Origin: Vicugna vicugna
Taxonomy: Eukaryota
Assembly (NCBI GenBank): GCA_013265495.1
Contig: MU057560.1
Location: 2,354,909 to 2,418,908 of the forward strand
DNA length: 64,000 nt
Direction: 5' to 3'
The notes under the pieces are model-generated. The model saw only the letters and a program-made list of their open reading frames with translations, searched no databases and had not been told where the DNA came from. Made by a program: the position numbers and the translations under genes. Within the stretch, counting starts at the first letter, position 1, and the number at the start of each line of letters is the position of its first letter. Below, one piece after another: positions 11,121 to 23,549 of this stretch.

Positions 11121-12344
11121 GTCGAGTGGAGGCGGCTGCAGGTGCCGCGGGCGCCGGGGACGCGGCCCAGCCCTGACAGAAAGGCAGGACATGGGACCAG
11201 GCTGTTCTCACCCCAGCAGATGCCCCCGAAGGCCCCCTTCTGCAGGGCGCCCCCAAATCTGTCCTGGAACAATGCGCCCCTGCCCGGGGTCCCCAGGGCC
11301 AGCAGGGCCAGCCAGGCTCTCAGCCCAGCAGTCACAGCTGGTGACGCCACGTGACGTCCCCGCGTTCTGGTGTCTGGATACAGCAGTTCCTGCAGAAGTT
11401 TGTTCTTGTCTTGGGACTTACTGAAACAACAGCAGGATGAACACGGTACGGCTGAGCCTGCTCCACAGAGCGACAGCTGCGTGCAGGTCACCACCCGCAA
11501 GAGCACGCGGGAGCCCCGCTGACCTGTCTGCAGCCGAGTCCTCCCCACTGGGGGCCCGGTGCACCCTCCCAGCAGGCCTGGGAGGAAGAGGTGTTCTGAA
11601 GGGCTGTCTCCTCTGTCCAAGGCCCTGCTCTGGTGATAACTGGTCACACTGGCACCAGCCAGCAACTGGCCAAGGGCTGGTGGTCAAGGAGGGTCTGCTG
11701 AGCCTGCCCCAGCCTCCCTGGCTGTGACCAGTCTGCTCTCAAGCAGCGACAAGGACGGGAGGTCAGTGCCTCCCAGTCTGGCTGTGGCTCTGGCCTGTGG
11801 CTCTCAGGGCACCAGAACGAGCTGGAAGGAGCTGGAACTCCTGCAGGGAGGCTCCCTCAAGGTCAGCGGCCAGACCGTCCCTCCGAGACACAGCTTCCTC
11901 CCGATGCTGAGGGGTCCCAGCGCCCCCCCCCGCCCCTGCTCCCCTTCCGCGCCATCTGCCTGCTCCAGGCTGGCGCCCTGTCAGCCTCCCTGACTGCAGC
12001 TGTGAACCTTGGGGAGCACTTGGTGAGCAGAAAAATGAATCTGAAATCTTCCCTCCAGGCCCCCCCCTTGCGTCCCCCTCCTCGCCCCACTCCAGGACCA
12101 ATTGATCTGCCAGTCCAGCCTCCAAGTGGAGCTGAGGCCAAGCTGGCGACCTGCCCAAACTTGTCAGCTTCTCTGACCAGATGACAGGAGAGCAGGCCTG
12201 AGCCAGGGAGGGCCGCACGTCCTCGGGAGAGCGCGTGCGGGAGCAGTGCTGGGGAAGGTGGCAGGCGGCCAGGAAGCTGTCCCTGAAGGGCTGTGTGGAG
12301 CTGTGTGGGGGGATGTCCCCATGCCTGGGGCACACTAAGCCGTG

Positions 12345-12405
12345 GCGTGTGCGCAAGCACGCAAGCACATGTGTGTTCATGTGTGTTTGTGTGTGTGCAC
12401 ACGTG
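12345..12405. repeat. Decayed TG/CA tract
   Basis: gcgtgtgcgcaagcacgcaagcacatgtgtgttcatgtgtgtttgtgtgtgtgcacacg. Confidence 0.75.
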
Positions 12406-14460
12406 GGTACCGGGTGTGGCAGAGAAAAAGCACAAGGTGGCATTTAAACGCTCCTGGGCTATTTGGAGTCCCTGCAGGTGTCCTGTGGCACGTGTACCTG
12501 CCTCACCGTGACATAAGAAATCTGCCCTGGGCTCTTCCACCTGCCACGCCCCTGGGGGAGCGGTGCCCCAGACCCGGATTCCCCGTCACAGCGGGGGAGT
12601 CTGTGCACAGCGGGGGGGCCTGCCAGCTCCGGGCTGGGGCTGGGAGCCTTGGTACAGGCTCCCCCGGCGGGAAGTGATGCACAGACTCATCATTCCCCAG
12701 TGACGATCCTCGGGGTGCGATGTCCCACAGGCCCACGTCTGGGCTGCAGGGGAAGTGGGAGGGGGTGCTGGTGCTCTAGGGAGGAGGATGGAAGAGGAGC
12801 GAAGCTTTCAAGGAGCCTCAGAAGCTGCCCCGTTGATCTGCAGGGAGCTTCTGTTGTGCCAGATTCCCGTGTCCACGCTGTCCTTGGGGGAAAACCTGTT
12901 CTCTTGGCTTCCAGTTACCACACTCATCTGGGCCACCTGCCCCTTCTCCACCCCCTTTCTCTTTGCTCCGGGGGTGCCGTGCTTGGCCTCTTTGCACAGT
13001 CTGGGGGTCTTAGCTTCACCCCTGCCTGCAACCACACCTATGCAAAGACCCCAGCTCTGTGTCTACGCCTTGACTTTGCAGAGTTCTGGAACCACATTTC
13101 CAGCCTCCCCTGGACCTCTCTGCTGGGGAGGCTCATCGGGGGGGCCTCAAAACCAGCCAACTGGGTGTTGAGCTGGTCTTGACTTCATCCCACATCTGCC
13201 CCCCGACCCCCATCAGGCATTCCATCCTGGGGCAGGCCCCCTCTCCACCCATCCTCTGGGCTGGAGTTGGGAAGTCCTTCTGGAGGGCGTGCTGGCCCAG
13301 CCCCACGTCCTCCTGCGGGTGCCCTTCCCCCTCCGTCATCTTGGGTCTTGGCCATTTCTGAAACCCCTGGGCAGGTCTCTGCCTCAAGTCTGCCCCCGCC
13401 CGCCTGGCAGCCCCTCCACGCTGACACTCGGGCTCTGATCCACTCTCCACGCTGCCTCCACGGGGTCTGCCTCTTCTCACGCCCCGAGGGCGCGTCTGCT
13501 CCTCTGCTTCGAATCCTTCCTGGGCTCTCTGCGACCTTCAGATGCTTCTCAGGCTCTGCAGGGCCTCTGCCTGCCCTTGCCCTCCTTCGGGCCCCCAGCA
13601 CACCTGCCCTGGTGCCGTCCAGGAGAAGGCTTGGGCCTCCTGACCCCTGTTCCCCGTGGGCTCCCGCAGGGCTGGCTCAGGCCTAACCCTGGAGTCCTGT
13701 CCTCTCCTGCTTCCCCCCTGCAGGCTGCAGAGGCTGCCGCTGCTTCCCTGCACGGCCCTGGATCTGTCACTGTCAGTGGGAGAGGCTCCTCACTTCCCCT
13801 CCACATTCTGAGCTCTCGGGTGCCGGGCATTTCTGATGTACCCCTGGAACTCCAGTCAGGACGGCATGCCCGCGTGCCTTCAGTCCCTCTGGAGTGTCCA
13901 CGCCCTCCCATCCCTGCCTTGTGATTGGCAGAAATGCCCACTCCCTCACAGAGGCCCTGCCTGCAGGAGGCCTGAGGCTCAGGGCTCTGGTGCCAGGGCT
14001 GACCCCCCAGAGCTGGCTCCCTCCACCTGTGGCTCTGACTGTTGGAACTCCTCTCTCATAGGCAGGTCTGTGTCCCTGTCACTCGCCTTTAGGGACACAG
14101 TGTCCAGCTCCCTTTCTGCTGGACAGCCCTGCAGTGCCTCCCCTGCGTGTTCTCGCATCCAGAGTCCCCATCACCAGGGAGATGCAGGCGAGTCCTCCCC
14201 TCGCCCCTGTGCCTCGGGCATGGGGCCCGACCGCTGACCCACAGTGTGACCAGGGTCTGCGCTTCTCACACCTGGAAGCACACGTAACCCGCTGGGCAGC
14301 CTGCCCAAAGGCGGGCTTGGGCGGAGCCTGGGAGCCTGTTTCTAGCAGGCACCCCTGGTGGCTGGGCGCTGGGCCGTCTCTGGGGTCTTCCTCAGTGCGC
14401 CACCTTCGAAGAGCGTCTCAGTCATGGTGTGGAGGCCCCTCTGCCTCTGTCGGCGGTGTG

Positions 14461-14610
14461 TCACTCTCCCCCTCCCCCCTGCTCTTCTCTCCCTCCTCCT
14501 CCCTCCCCTCCCTCCTCCCTCCTCTCTGTCCTCCGTCCCCCTCCTTCCTCCCTCCCCCTCCTCTTCTCTCCCTCTCCCCTCCTCCTCCCTCTCCCCCACC
14601 TCTGCCTCTT
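14461..14610. repeat. CT-rich low-complexity homopyrimidine tract
   Basis: About 150 bp almost entirely C/T (cctcctccct units). Confidence 0.9.
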
Positions 14611-17600
14611 CGCCAACCCATCCCACTAGGAGAATCTTACTGGGTTCTCTGCGCAGGCACAGCAGACGTTGCCAGCCTCTGCTCCCCGACTTCTGGGGCC
14701 TCTTCTGAAAAGACTCTCACGTGCGCTCACCTGGTAAGATTCTCCCGATGCAGGCCTGGGTACTGACCTTGGCATGTGCGTCGGACTCTTGTCCCTGTCT
14801 CGTCTCCGCTGGCTGACTTGAATCTTGTGAATGTCGGCGTACACAGACTGACTGAGACCTGCGTCCCACTTCTCCCTCCCTAAAGCAGGGTGACAGGATG
14901 CTAGGCTTTGCCCGTCATCTCTGGGCTGCCTCCAACACCCAGGCTGCTGCCAGGGGCATGAGGACCTCGGCTTTCAGCTGCCTGGAAGACACCCCAGGCC
15001 ATTCTGTCCAGCCAGCCCCCGGCCCCTGCCTTGCAGGGTTGTCTCTCCTCACTGTCTCTGTGCCTCGCTTCCCTCACGAATCTCCTCCAGAGACTAGTTC
15101 GCAGAGGGTGTCCTCTGGTGTCCCTCCTGGGAGGAGGGGGAGGAAGGAGGGGAGGTGGTACCCAGAGCCCGTCTAGAGAGGCCAGCCGGCCATGACCCAC
15201 CGACAACGCGAGCCTGTGCCCTACCACCAGGCAGGCGCCCCCGAGGCACTCCCCCAAAGCCAGGAAAACACTTCCCCTTCCCCATCAAGCAGAACTATCC
15301 AGTCTTCTTTTCAGTATGTCTAAAGTGTTAAGTCGCCAAGCTACTGACCTCTGATTCTCACCTGCTGGAGCACGTTCTAAGCTGAGATGGAGCGCTGTTC
15401 CAGACAGAGACAGGTGCAGGTGAGCGGGATGAGCTCCCACTGCACCCCGAGCGCTGTGAGTGCATCCTGGATGCTCCCGGCTGCAAATCACCAGCTCTCT
15501 GCCCCTCCCCCCACCTCACCCCCAACTAGAGCCCATAACGTTCTAAGAGAGAAATTAGATGCTCATCAGAACTGTGCCTAAATTTAGCAGATAATTTTAG
15601 ACTTTAATGTTTCAAGAATGACCGCTATAATTTTGGCAAGCAGTAATGGATTCAATGGTGATGTTAAGGAACACAGTTGATTTCAGCAAACCGGGGTGAA
15701 TCCAGCCCTTTGGCAGTGGGTGGCTGCAGGGGTGAGTGCCCAGGCCTTCCAGAAGGTTCCAGTCCCTTTCACAGGATGGAGGATGGCGTGCCACGTGCGG
15801 CTCCCTGCCACGGAGCGGAAATCGTCCTTCCATGCATCTGAGCTCAGTGGACAGTTTGACAGGCACCCTGTGCAGGGCCTGGCACACATCTGTCTCCTGT
15901 CCAGCCCTGCCAGCTCGCACGCCGTGGAGACCAGCTGCCCAGAGTGCCTGTTCTCAGACGCAGGCATGTGCATCAGCCACGTGCTCACAGATCTAAAAAG
16001 AGACGACCAGGCTGCGTTTTTGTCTTTCAGAAGGAGCCTGCATTTAAGATTATGGGGGATGAGAATTTTAACAAATTCACTGCTCTCAGGCCCGGGGCCT
16101 TTCCAGGGCGGACTGCTGACTTGTGGTCCATCTTTTCATGTGTAGCTTTTAGAGACCAGACAAGCATAAAGCAGTTTCAGCTGACAGTTGATCAAAGCAA
16201 GCAGAGGACTAGGTCTGCAAAACAAGCTGAATCCCGTTCGCTCTCTGATGGTTCCAGGGGACGTGGGACCCACTTCCGTATTCCTGTCCTGAAGAGTTCC
16301 ATGTACGGGGGTGGAATCCGTCGTAACTGTTGTATCCGCTTCGCGGGGGAATGGGAGAGACCCCGAGGACGGATTTAGTGCGGCTCAGAACCTGCCCTTC
16401 AGCCCCGGACGCCAGGGAGGCACCGGCTGGATTGCTGCTTCTGATCCCACATGCTAAGCTGTCAGCAAGAGCCTGCCCAGCCCTGGGAAATGCTTAGCTT
16501 ACACGAGGGAGGAGGGAACAGCTTGCTTTCACCTGTGTCTGGCCCCTGGGCATCTCCCTGCCTGTCTGAGCTGTGGGAGGCAGAGGACAGGGACCGTGGG
16601 TGCTTTGTCACTGCTGTCCCAGCCCAGGCACCCACGCCCCCACCTCTGCGGTTCCCTGGTGCTGGCTGTTTAAGAGCTCTGGCTGTCACCAGGTGGGCGT
16701 GGGACCACCGCTTTGACTGGCAGAGGAAGGGGAGCGAAGGGACCTCCCAAGCTGGTGCTCTGCTGGGTCTGGGTGCTCAGACACGCCCCCCCCCGGACAT
16801 GGCCACATGCTGCGGGGACCTGGGCCTCAGAGAAAGGCCATCTGTGGGCACTCAGTGGACAGGCAGGCTGAGTCCCACCTTTAGTCATCCCAGCTCAGGG
16901 TCCCGGTGTGAGAGCAGAACCCTCCAGAAAAGTGCAGCTCCCGGCTGAGCCCGTCCCTCCCAGCCATGAGTCCTAAGCAGACGAGAGGCCCCGGGTGTTG
17001 GGGAGCAGCGGCTGGCCCCCTGCTGTGCCCGGCCCGAGTGCCTGCCCTGCAGGACCAACTGTGAGCGTAGTAAGTGGGGTGCTGTCCCCGCTGGTTTCGG
17101 GCGGCTTGTTGGGGAGCGGGGGGCCTTCCCGTTCCTCCCCTTCAGCGGTCTTGTTGAGCAGGCAGTCCCTGCCAGAGGCGGCACAGGGGCTGGCTCTGCG
17201 AAGCTGAGTGAGTGGGGGGTCGGGCCATCGGCCCTGACGTCTCTGATCAGCCAGCCCCCACCTCCCAGGCCACTGGCGGGTGCAGGTGGGGCCGTCTCCC
17301 TTCTGGGGTCCCCGAGCTCTGCTCCCGTAACCCGGGTCTGAGCAGGCGGGCAGCTGGGGCCTCTCTGCCCCGAACCCTGCCCTCCAGCAACCTGATGGGG
17401 TGTGGCCTTTCTGACGGCGCTGCCTCAGACCTCCGGTCGCCCTCCCCGCCCTCCCCGCACTGCCACCCCCTCCAGGGGTCTCCCAGGCCTTGGGGATCAG
17501 CGCTCACCCCCTGGGCACGCACAAGCCAGCGAGGGGTTTATTTCCACCCCAGGCGAGAGTCTCCCCCACGCAGTGAGCAGAGCCGTGAGGGGAGGGCGTC

Positions 17601-18159
17601 TGGGGCTCTGCCTGTGAGGAGGCGGCTGTCACCTCCCTGAGGGATGGGGGGGAGACGCAGGGAGGGTGTCGGGAAGACTGTCACGAGCGGTGCAGAGGGG
17701 CCTCTGCACAGATCCCTGCTTCAGGGTGGCCTCCCAGCGGCCAGGTGGGGAAGCAGCCTCGGGGCGGCGCAGAGAGGCCGTGCTGGACGGAGGTGGGACG
17801 GACGTAAGGCCTGCTGTGGAGCTGGAATCTCTGTAACGCGTTCCTAGGATGCTCCTGGGGGCGAAGAAGCACAGCGACCCCAGGCCACCTGGAAAATGGA
17901 GACAACGCGGGCTTGAGGCGTGGGTGTGGGGACCGAAGGAGCCCTCTGGGCTTGTGCACGGGGTGTCCCTGATGCATTTCAGTGGGATCAATGAGCTGGT
18001 CTTGGGGTGTTTGCACCTGGACTTCAGAGGAATGTTGTGAACTGGAGAAAGACGGGGACTCTCCTGTTAGGGCGCATGCTGGCCGCTGAGGGTCACGAGG
18101 GGAGAGGCGAGAGGGCTGGCTGCCCAGGCTGCTTCTCAGAGTCTCTGTCTTTGTTCTCG

Positions 18160-18597
18160 GCACCGTTGCCCTGTGGCTGCTGAAACAAGTGGTCCCAAAG
18201 CGGGAGGCTTCCAACAACACAGCGTCTTCTCCTAGGGCTCTGGAGGCCGGAGCCCACAGACAAGGTGTCGGCAGAGCACGCTTCCCGGGAGGCTCTGGGG
18301 GAAGGTCCTTCCTGCCTCTTCCAGCGTCCAGGGCCCAGGGGTCCTTGGCTGGTGGCTGCATCTCCCACCTCTGCCTCCATCTTCACATCGCCTTCTTCTC
18401 TGCGTCCAATCTTCTGCTTCCCTGTTCCAAGCACTTTTGTGACCGGATTTCAGCCCCACCCTGAGAATCCAGGGTAATCTCTCCACTTCAGGGTCCTTCA
18501 TTCCATCCAAAAAGACCCCTTCTCCTTACGTGGTCACATCCACAGCTTCCGGGATTAGGACCTGCTCCCTTTGGGAGCCATTGCTCAGCTCACTCCA
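18160..18597 (-). mobile_element. Near full-length MLT1 (MaLR) solo LTR, MLT1B/C/D-like
   Basis: ccctgtggctgctgaaacaag...ctctggaggccggag...caaggtgtcggcagagc...ccttcctgcctcttccagc...tctgcctccatcttcacatcgccttct...aaagacccct...ggtcacatccacagcttccgggattaggac follows recalled MLT1 consensus along its length. Confidence 0.9.
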
Positions 18598-19424
18598 AAA
18601 ACAGAGGCCTGGGGAGACAGTGCTTTCAGACAGAAAGCTTGAGTTCGGGGTCAGAGCTCCGGCTGGAGTTGTGCTCCGGCGGCTGGTGGCCTTGGAATCG
18701 TAGCTGGGGGAACGGGACTGCTCCCTGGCTACCGGAGCCCCCGTTCGCTCATCCTTACAGGGGGACGGCCCTGCCCCTTGCTTGCGGCTTGCTGTCTGGG
18801 TTTCAGGAAAGCATGCATGTCAGGGGTTTGGTAGAGAGCTGGACACACATGTCTGGACAGATCTGAGCCCCAGCCCCTCAGGTCTCTCCTTAGAGGTGAC
18901 CTGGCTGCTTTAGCCGTATCTCAGGCCAAATTCAGACTCGGCTGGGGTCTTTTCTGGGAGAGACTTGCACAGAGAAATGGGAAGCAGGATGGCCGTGAGC
19001 CCCCCGGGGGTGTCCGGGTGACCTCCAGCTCGGTACCAGGGCTGTGCTCCAGGGAGGGCGGGGGCTGGATTTGGGGCCAGGCTGAGCTCTGAGAAGCTGC
19101 GGGGGAGGACGGCCTGCGGGCTCCCTGTGCTAATGAGCCTTCGCTGCCCGGAGCTGACAGGGAGCCCTCCTGGGGGAGGAGAGCTGCGGAGCTGTGGTGC
19201 TGAGCCTGGCTTTCTGCTCTCATCTTTCTTTCCATGGCAACGAGGAGGGGGCAGGATGTGCAGTCTCACGGGGAAGCGTGGGCGCCGCTGTCTGCAGGCG
19301 GTGTGGCTGGAAGGAAAAACCCAGGAGCGGCAGCCCTGGTTCCAGCTCAGTGCTCGACACGTGCCCACCGTGGCTTCACAGGGAGGCTCCTGTGCTCTGC
19401 TCCCCCGGGTCAGCGGGCTGACCT

Positions 19425-19490
19425 GTGTCGCAGGAGAGGAAACTGAGACACAGGCACACAGCTAGTGAAAAAGGAGACCAGGCACTGAAG
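19425..19490 (-). mobile_element. MIR core fragment
   Basis: gaggaaactgagacacagg...cacacagctagt. Confidence 0.65.
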
Positions 19491-20838
19491 TAGACGGCTT
19501 CTGACCGCTGGGCGGCCTGGCCCCCGGGGACCCCACAGGTCCTTCCAGGGCCCTGAAGGGGCAGAGCCGGGCATCGGTCTGACGCTGAGAAAGGGGCACT
19601 GGCTGCACACGATTTCAGGAAGCCCAGGACTGCTGAGGACACCTGCTCACCCTGAGCTCACTTCGGGGTCTGCCAGGGCCCCTTGCACCGGGGAGCTGTG
19701 AGCCTGCACACGCGGCCTGCTGAGAGGCCCTAAGGACGCAGTGCGGCGAGTCGCTGCCGAAAGGCGGGCGGACAGAGGGAAGTCATGGGAGATGCAGCTC
19801 CCGCAGCCTGGGCGCTGGGGCAGCTTTCAGGTCCAGGTCCCTCCTGACCGGTCACTCCTGGTGGGTGGACCCAGCCGGGAGGCAGCTCTGTCCCCCGCCG
19901 CCTGCCCGAGACCCAGCAGCTTCCCCAAGAGCGATGCTTCCTTTGTTGTTTCCCAAATAACCGTTCCTGCACTTCCCACCCGGGTCCCTGGCTCTCCTCG
20001 CTGGGGCTCTGACGGTTCTCGCTCTCTCCCGTGAGGGCACCTGTGGTATTTGGAGACGCCCCGTGTGTTACCTGTGAACCTCCCTGCCAGGGTGTTGGGA
20101 CGGGGGACGGCTGTGCACCGCTCTCCCCTGGGGCCTGGGTGCTGCAGCTGATCCCAAGGTCTGGGTGCTCTCCTGGGTGTCCCCCGCAGCCCTGCGCTCA
20201 TGGTAACACAGCAGGTTGTCACTGGAGGTCAGCTGCATGTCCCCACACAGGATGTGGCTTCTAAGGAGAAAAGAGACGTTTACCTAGGGAAAGGAAAGCC
20301 CAGATGTGAGATATCATGTCCAGAGGAGAAATCCCGTGATCTGGAGACACAGGGACCCCCAGGTCCCGCTGCAGGAAAGACAGGGCGCCCCACCTCCCCC
20401 ACCCCCCAGCCGGCTCAGGACTCATCTGGGGGAGCCCCACTTCTGCTTGAATGTCTCCAAGGGCTGGTGGTGGATTGACTGTGAGGTGGTGCCTTCACTG
20501 GTGGCAGCTTTCTTTTTAGAAAGCTCTGTTTAACCTGCAGCTGGATTCTGGGTCCTGGGGGAGCCGCCCCTGGGGAGGGCTGCCCTGGCATCGCCCTTGC
20601 CTCACCGGCCCTGCTGACGGGGCCGTCCTGGGCGCTGCTGCTCCCCTGTGGGGTCCGGGGTCCCGTCCAGGCGCAGGAGGGGCTGCTGGCTGGCCGGCCT
20701 GGCGGGAAGCACTCGCAGCCCTGACTCTGAAGACGCGTCCTTCTCCTTCACATCTCGGGCTGTCTCTGCTCCACGAAGGTGGACCTGCGTTCGCAATAAT
20801 CGGAAGCCTGGAGCCTGAGTAGGTTTTTCTTCGAACTC

Positions 20839-20889
20839 CATCTGCTTTTTAATTAGCAAAGATTCCTCCAAGATTTTCACATTAATTGA
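20839..20889 (-). promoter_or_regulatory. Homeodomain/E-box composite (TAATTA-AAAAG-CAGATG) in an AT-rich island
   Basis: Forward catctgctttttaatta at 20839-20855; second homeodomain core attaattg at 20881-20888. Confidence 0.45.
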
Positions 20890-21015
20890 TCATCACTCTC
20901 AGGTTTTGGTGCCGTGAATGTCTGTCTGTTCCCAAGCACGTGCGGGCCCGCCAGCTGGGTGAGGGTGGAGGTGGCAGGGCTGGGGAGTCCTCGTGGGTCT
21001 CTGATGGCTCAGCAG

Positions 21016-21059
21016 CCCCTACGAGGGGGCTCAGCTCCCCCTACGAGGGGGCTCAGCTC
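21016..21059. repeat. Perfect 22-bp tandem duplication (cccctacgagggggctcagctc x2)
   Basis: Direct reading; each unit contains a cccct/agggg mini-hairpin. Confidence 0.9.
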
Positions 21060-21178
21060 ATGATGTGGCATCGACGAGGACCAAGCTCACTGAGCTCCAA
21101 GTCCAGCTTCCCCACGACGCAGCCCCACCACCAGCAGAGCCGTCAGAGCTGCCTGGCCATGAGGACTGAGGTCTGGAT

Positions 21179-21222
21179 GTCTGTCCGTAGTCTGTCCAGC
21201 GTCTGTCCAGCATCTGTCCAGC
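21179..21222. repeat. 11-bp tandem repeat (gtctgtccagc) x4, imperfect
   Basis: gtctgtccgta gtctgtccagc gtctgtccagc atctgtccagc. Confidence 0.85.
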
Positions 21223-21949
21223 TCCCTGTCGGCTCAGAGCTCTGGTGGGAGGGCGGGTTCCTCAGGGAGCCCCAACAGTGTCAGTCAGCTTCTTACAAAA
21301 ACACCAGTTCCCATGTGCCGCCGTTTACCACCTCTTCCGGGCATTTTTTTTTTTTTGGCCTTTATGTTCCTAGTAACAGGGCCCTAGTCATTAGACACGA
21401 TGGAGTGAGGCATGGACTCACCCATGGCAGAGGAGGGCTGACTCCCCAGGCCCCTCGCTGGCCACCCGGTCCACGGTGATGCGCACAGGGGCCAGCGTCT
21501 GTCGGGGCCCGTGTGGCTGTCGCTCAGCGCAGCGTGCCGTGGGCGCTCCGCCCTACACAGGCTCCGTGTGTCCATGCAGCACGTCCACTGGCTGAGTTTG
21601 TGAGGTGGGTCAGCTAGTGACTCAGCCGTCCGGGGCCCACCCCGAATGCCAGGATCTAGGGGCTTTCAGAGAATGTGTGATTTCTTTGGGGGCTGGCTGT
21701 GGATGGCGCCCAGCAGGGTTAACAGAGCGGGGGGCTGTTCAGGGCGCTGCCCCTCCCAGCCCTGAGGCTCGCTCCTGCCCTCCTCTCCCTGGTGTTCCTG
21801 AGGCCAGTTCCTTAGAGCATCTCCTGGAAGCCAGCGTGTGGGCAGGCCAGGGAGGTGCGGGAGCAGCAGTGCCGGGTGGGGCTGGATGCAGGTCCCCGGG
21901 GTGGAGCATCCGTCCTGTCGTCCTCATCCCACGGTCCCGCTACCTTCTC

Positions 21950-22280
21950 TCTGGTAACTCTGGTGTAATCATTAGAAGAACCACTGGACTCTGTTTTTCA
22001 AAGCCGCTGCACAAGTTTTCATTTTCACCAGCAGAGTGTGAGGGTTCCCGTGTCTTCACATCTTCGCCAACACTTGGTCTTGTCTGTCTCTTTGATTTTG
22101 GCCACCCTAGTGGAGGGACATGGCGTTGCGTGGTGGTTTGATTTGTCTTTCCCTAATGACTAGAATTTTGAGCAGCTTTGCTCTGCTTGCTTGCCGTTCA
22201 TATGTCTTCTCTGGAAAAACGTTTGTTCAAATTCTTTGCTCGCTTTGAAATTGGGCTGCCTGTCATTTTACTGCTGATTT
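21950..22280 (-). mobile_element. Old L1M ORF2 3'-region fragment
   Basis: ttttcattttcaccagcagagtgtgagggttccc...cgccaacacttggtcttgtctgtctctttgattttggccaccctagtgg...gtggtttgatttgtctttccctaatgactag...ttcaaattctttgctc. Confidence 0.85.
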
Positions 22281-22749
22281 CATTCTGACGTTTCCACGGT
22301 CTGTGTCTCTGTCCTCGCAGCTACTCTTCCGTGTACCTTAGCAGAAGGCCCTCACCTCTGCTCTGGGAGTCTGTTGGTTCCTACTGGGACCAACACACTG
22401 ATGACAGGGGATCTTCAAAATACTTCTCTTTTTTCTGCTTCTTATCATTGTCACGTTTTTGTTTGCTTGTTTTTCTGTTTACTTTTATATCTTTAAATAG
22501 ACTTTTGTCTGTTACTTGATTTGTCTATTCTAAATGATAACATTTGACTCTCCACTTATCACCAAAAAAGGAGGAAATCCGCGTCCCTGGTGCCCCAGCT
22601 GGGAGCCGCGTTTAGATAACCTGATTCGTCTGTTCGTATTTCCTCCTGTACGATAGTCATGCAACGTATTTTCATGGTTTATTTATGAAAATCGTATCAC
22701 TAAAAGTCACTCAAAAATCACTCAGAAATACCTTGTAGACAGCACCCTA

Positions 22750-22985
22750 AATTGTCCCGTGCAGCTGATTACTTTAATGACTGCGTGATGGCTGATGGTG
22801 CAGATGAACTGCGTTTGAGGGACATTCGGTTTATTTCCAGTTCTTGGTCAAAACAACTACAGCGAGAACTTCGCACATCACTGACTCACTCCGCGCGCGT
22901 CTGTGGTCGGGTATGTCCTTGTGATACTGTGGTGCTTTCGTTTCTATTGGTGCTTTTGAGGGCGTGTCCGGCAAATAGTACTTTT
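22750..22985 (-). mobile_element. L1ME/MC-type 3' fragment
   Basis: ctttaatgactgcgtg...gagggacattcggtttatttccagttcttgg...ggcaaatag parallels recalled antisense L1ME consensus. Confidence 0.6.
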
Positions 22986-23486
22986 CTTCTCCATCTGATT
23001 CTAAACACACTGAATAAATAGATAAACAAATAATTGTGGAGGCGAAACTCACCTTGATTCCTGGTAGCAGCTAAACTGGGGGACTTGGCATTAGGCCTGT
23101 TTGCCAAGGGCTCCTGGTGGGGGCCCCGACCGGCCACCTTCTCCACCCGTCCTGGTGGCCCAGGCCCTGCAAACCTCGGTCCCCCAGTGCCTGACTGTTC
23201 CTCCCAGATGTCCTGGATTGGCTGCCCCAGGGCTGCAGGTGTAGACAGAGCTGCAGCAGACGCACTCCGGAGACCACACGGAGACCAGAGGTGGGGACCC
23301 GGGCTCCCTGACAGGCTGGGAATCACCACCAGGTCTGGTGGTAGCGAGGGCCTGCCTTTGGTCCCCAGGCATGGTCCCCCCACAAGACTGCCACCTGAGT
23401 GTGCCCCCGGAAGACAGCAGGAGTGGCTTCTGCAAGAATCCCCCTGGCCCGCCCCTCCACCAGCTCCAGCTGCTGCCTCTGTGGCT

Positions 23487-23549
23487 GGGCCCCCTCCTCG
23501 GGGCAGATGGGGGCCCCCTCCTCGGGACAGAGGGGGCACCTCCTCAGGG
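23487..23549. repeat. 23-24-bp minisatellite-like repeat x2.7 (gggccccctcctcggggcagatgg)
   Basis: Direct reading. Confidence 0.8.

Noticed and set aside
10402-11424. Longest ORF (340 aa)
   Set aside because: Non-ATG start, overlaps MLT1 remnants at both ends, Pro/Gly/Arg/Ser/Ala-rich with no recognisable domain; expected in stop-poor GC-rich DNA
20602-20880. Protein-looking ORF MKILEESLLIKKQMEFEEK...
   Set aside because: GTG start with an in-frame stop just upstream and no polypyrimidine acceptor; better explained as an AT-rich enhancer-like island
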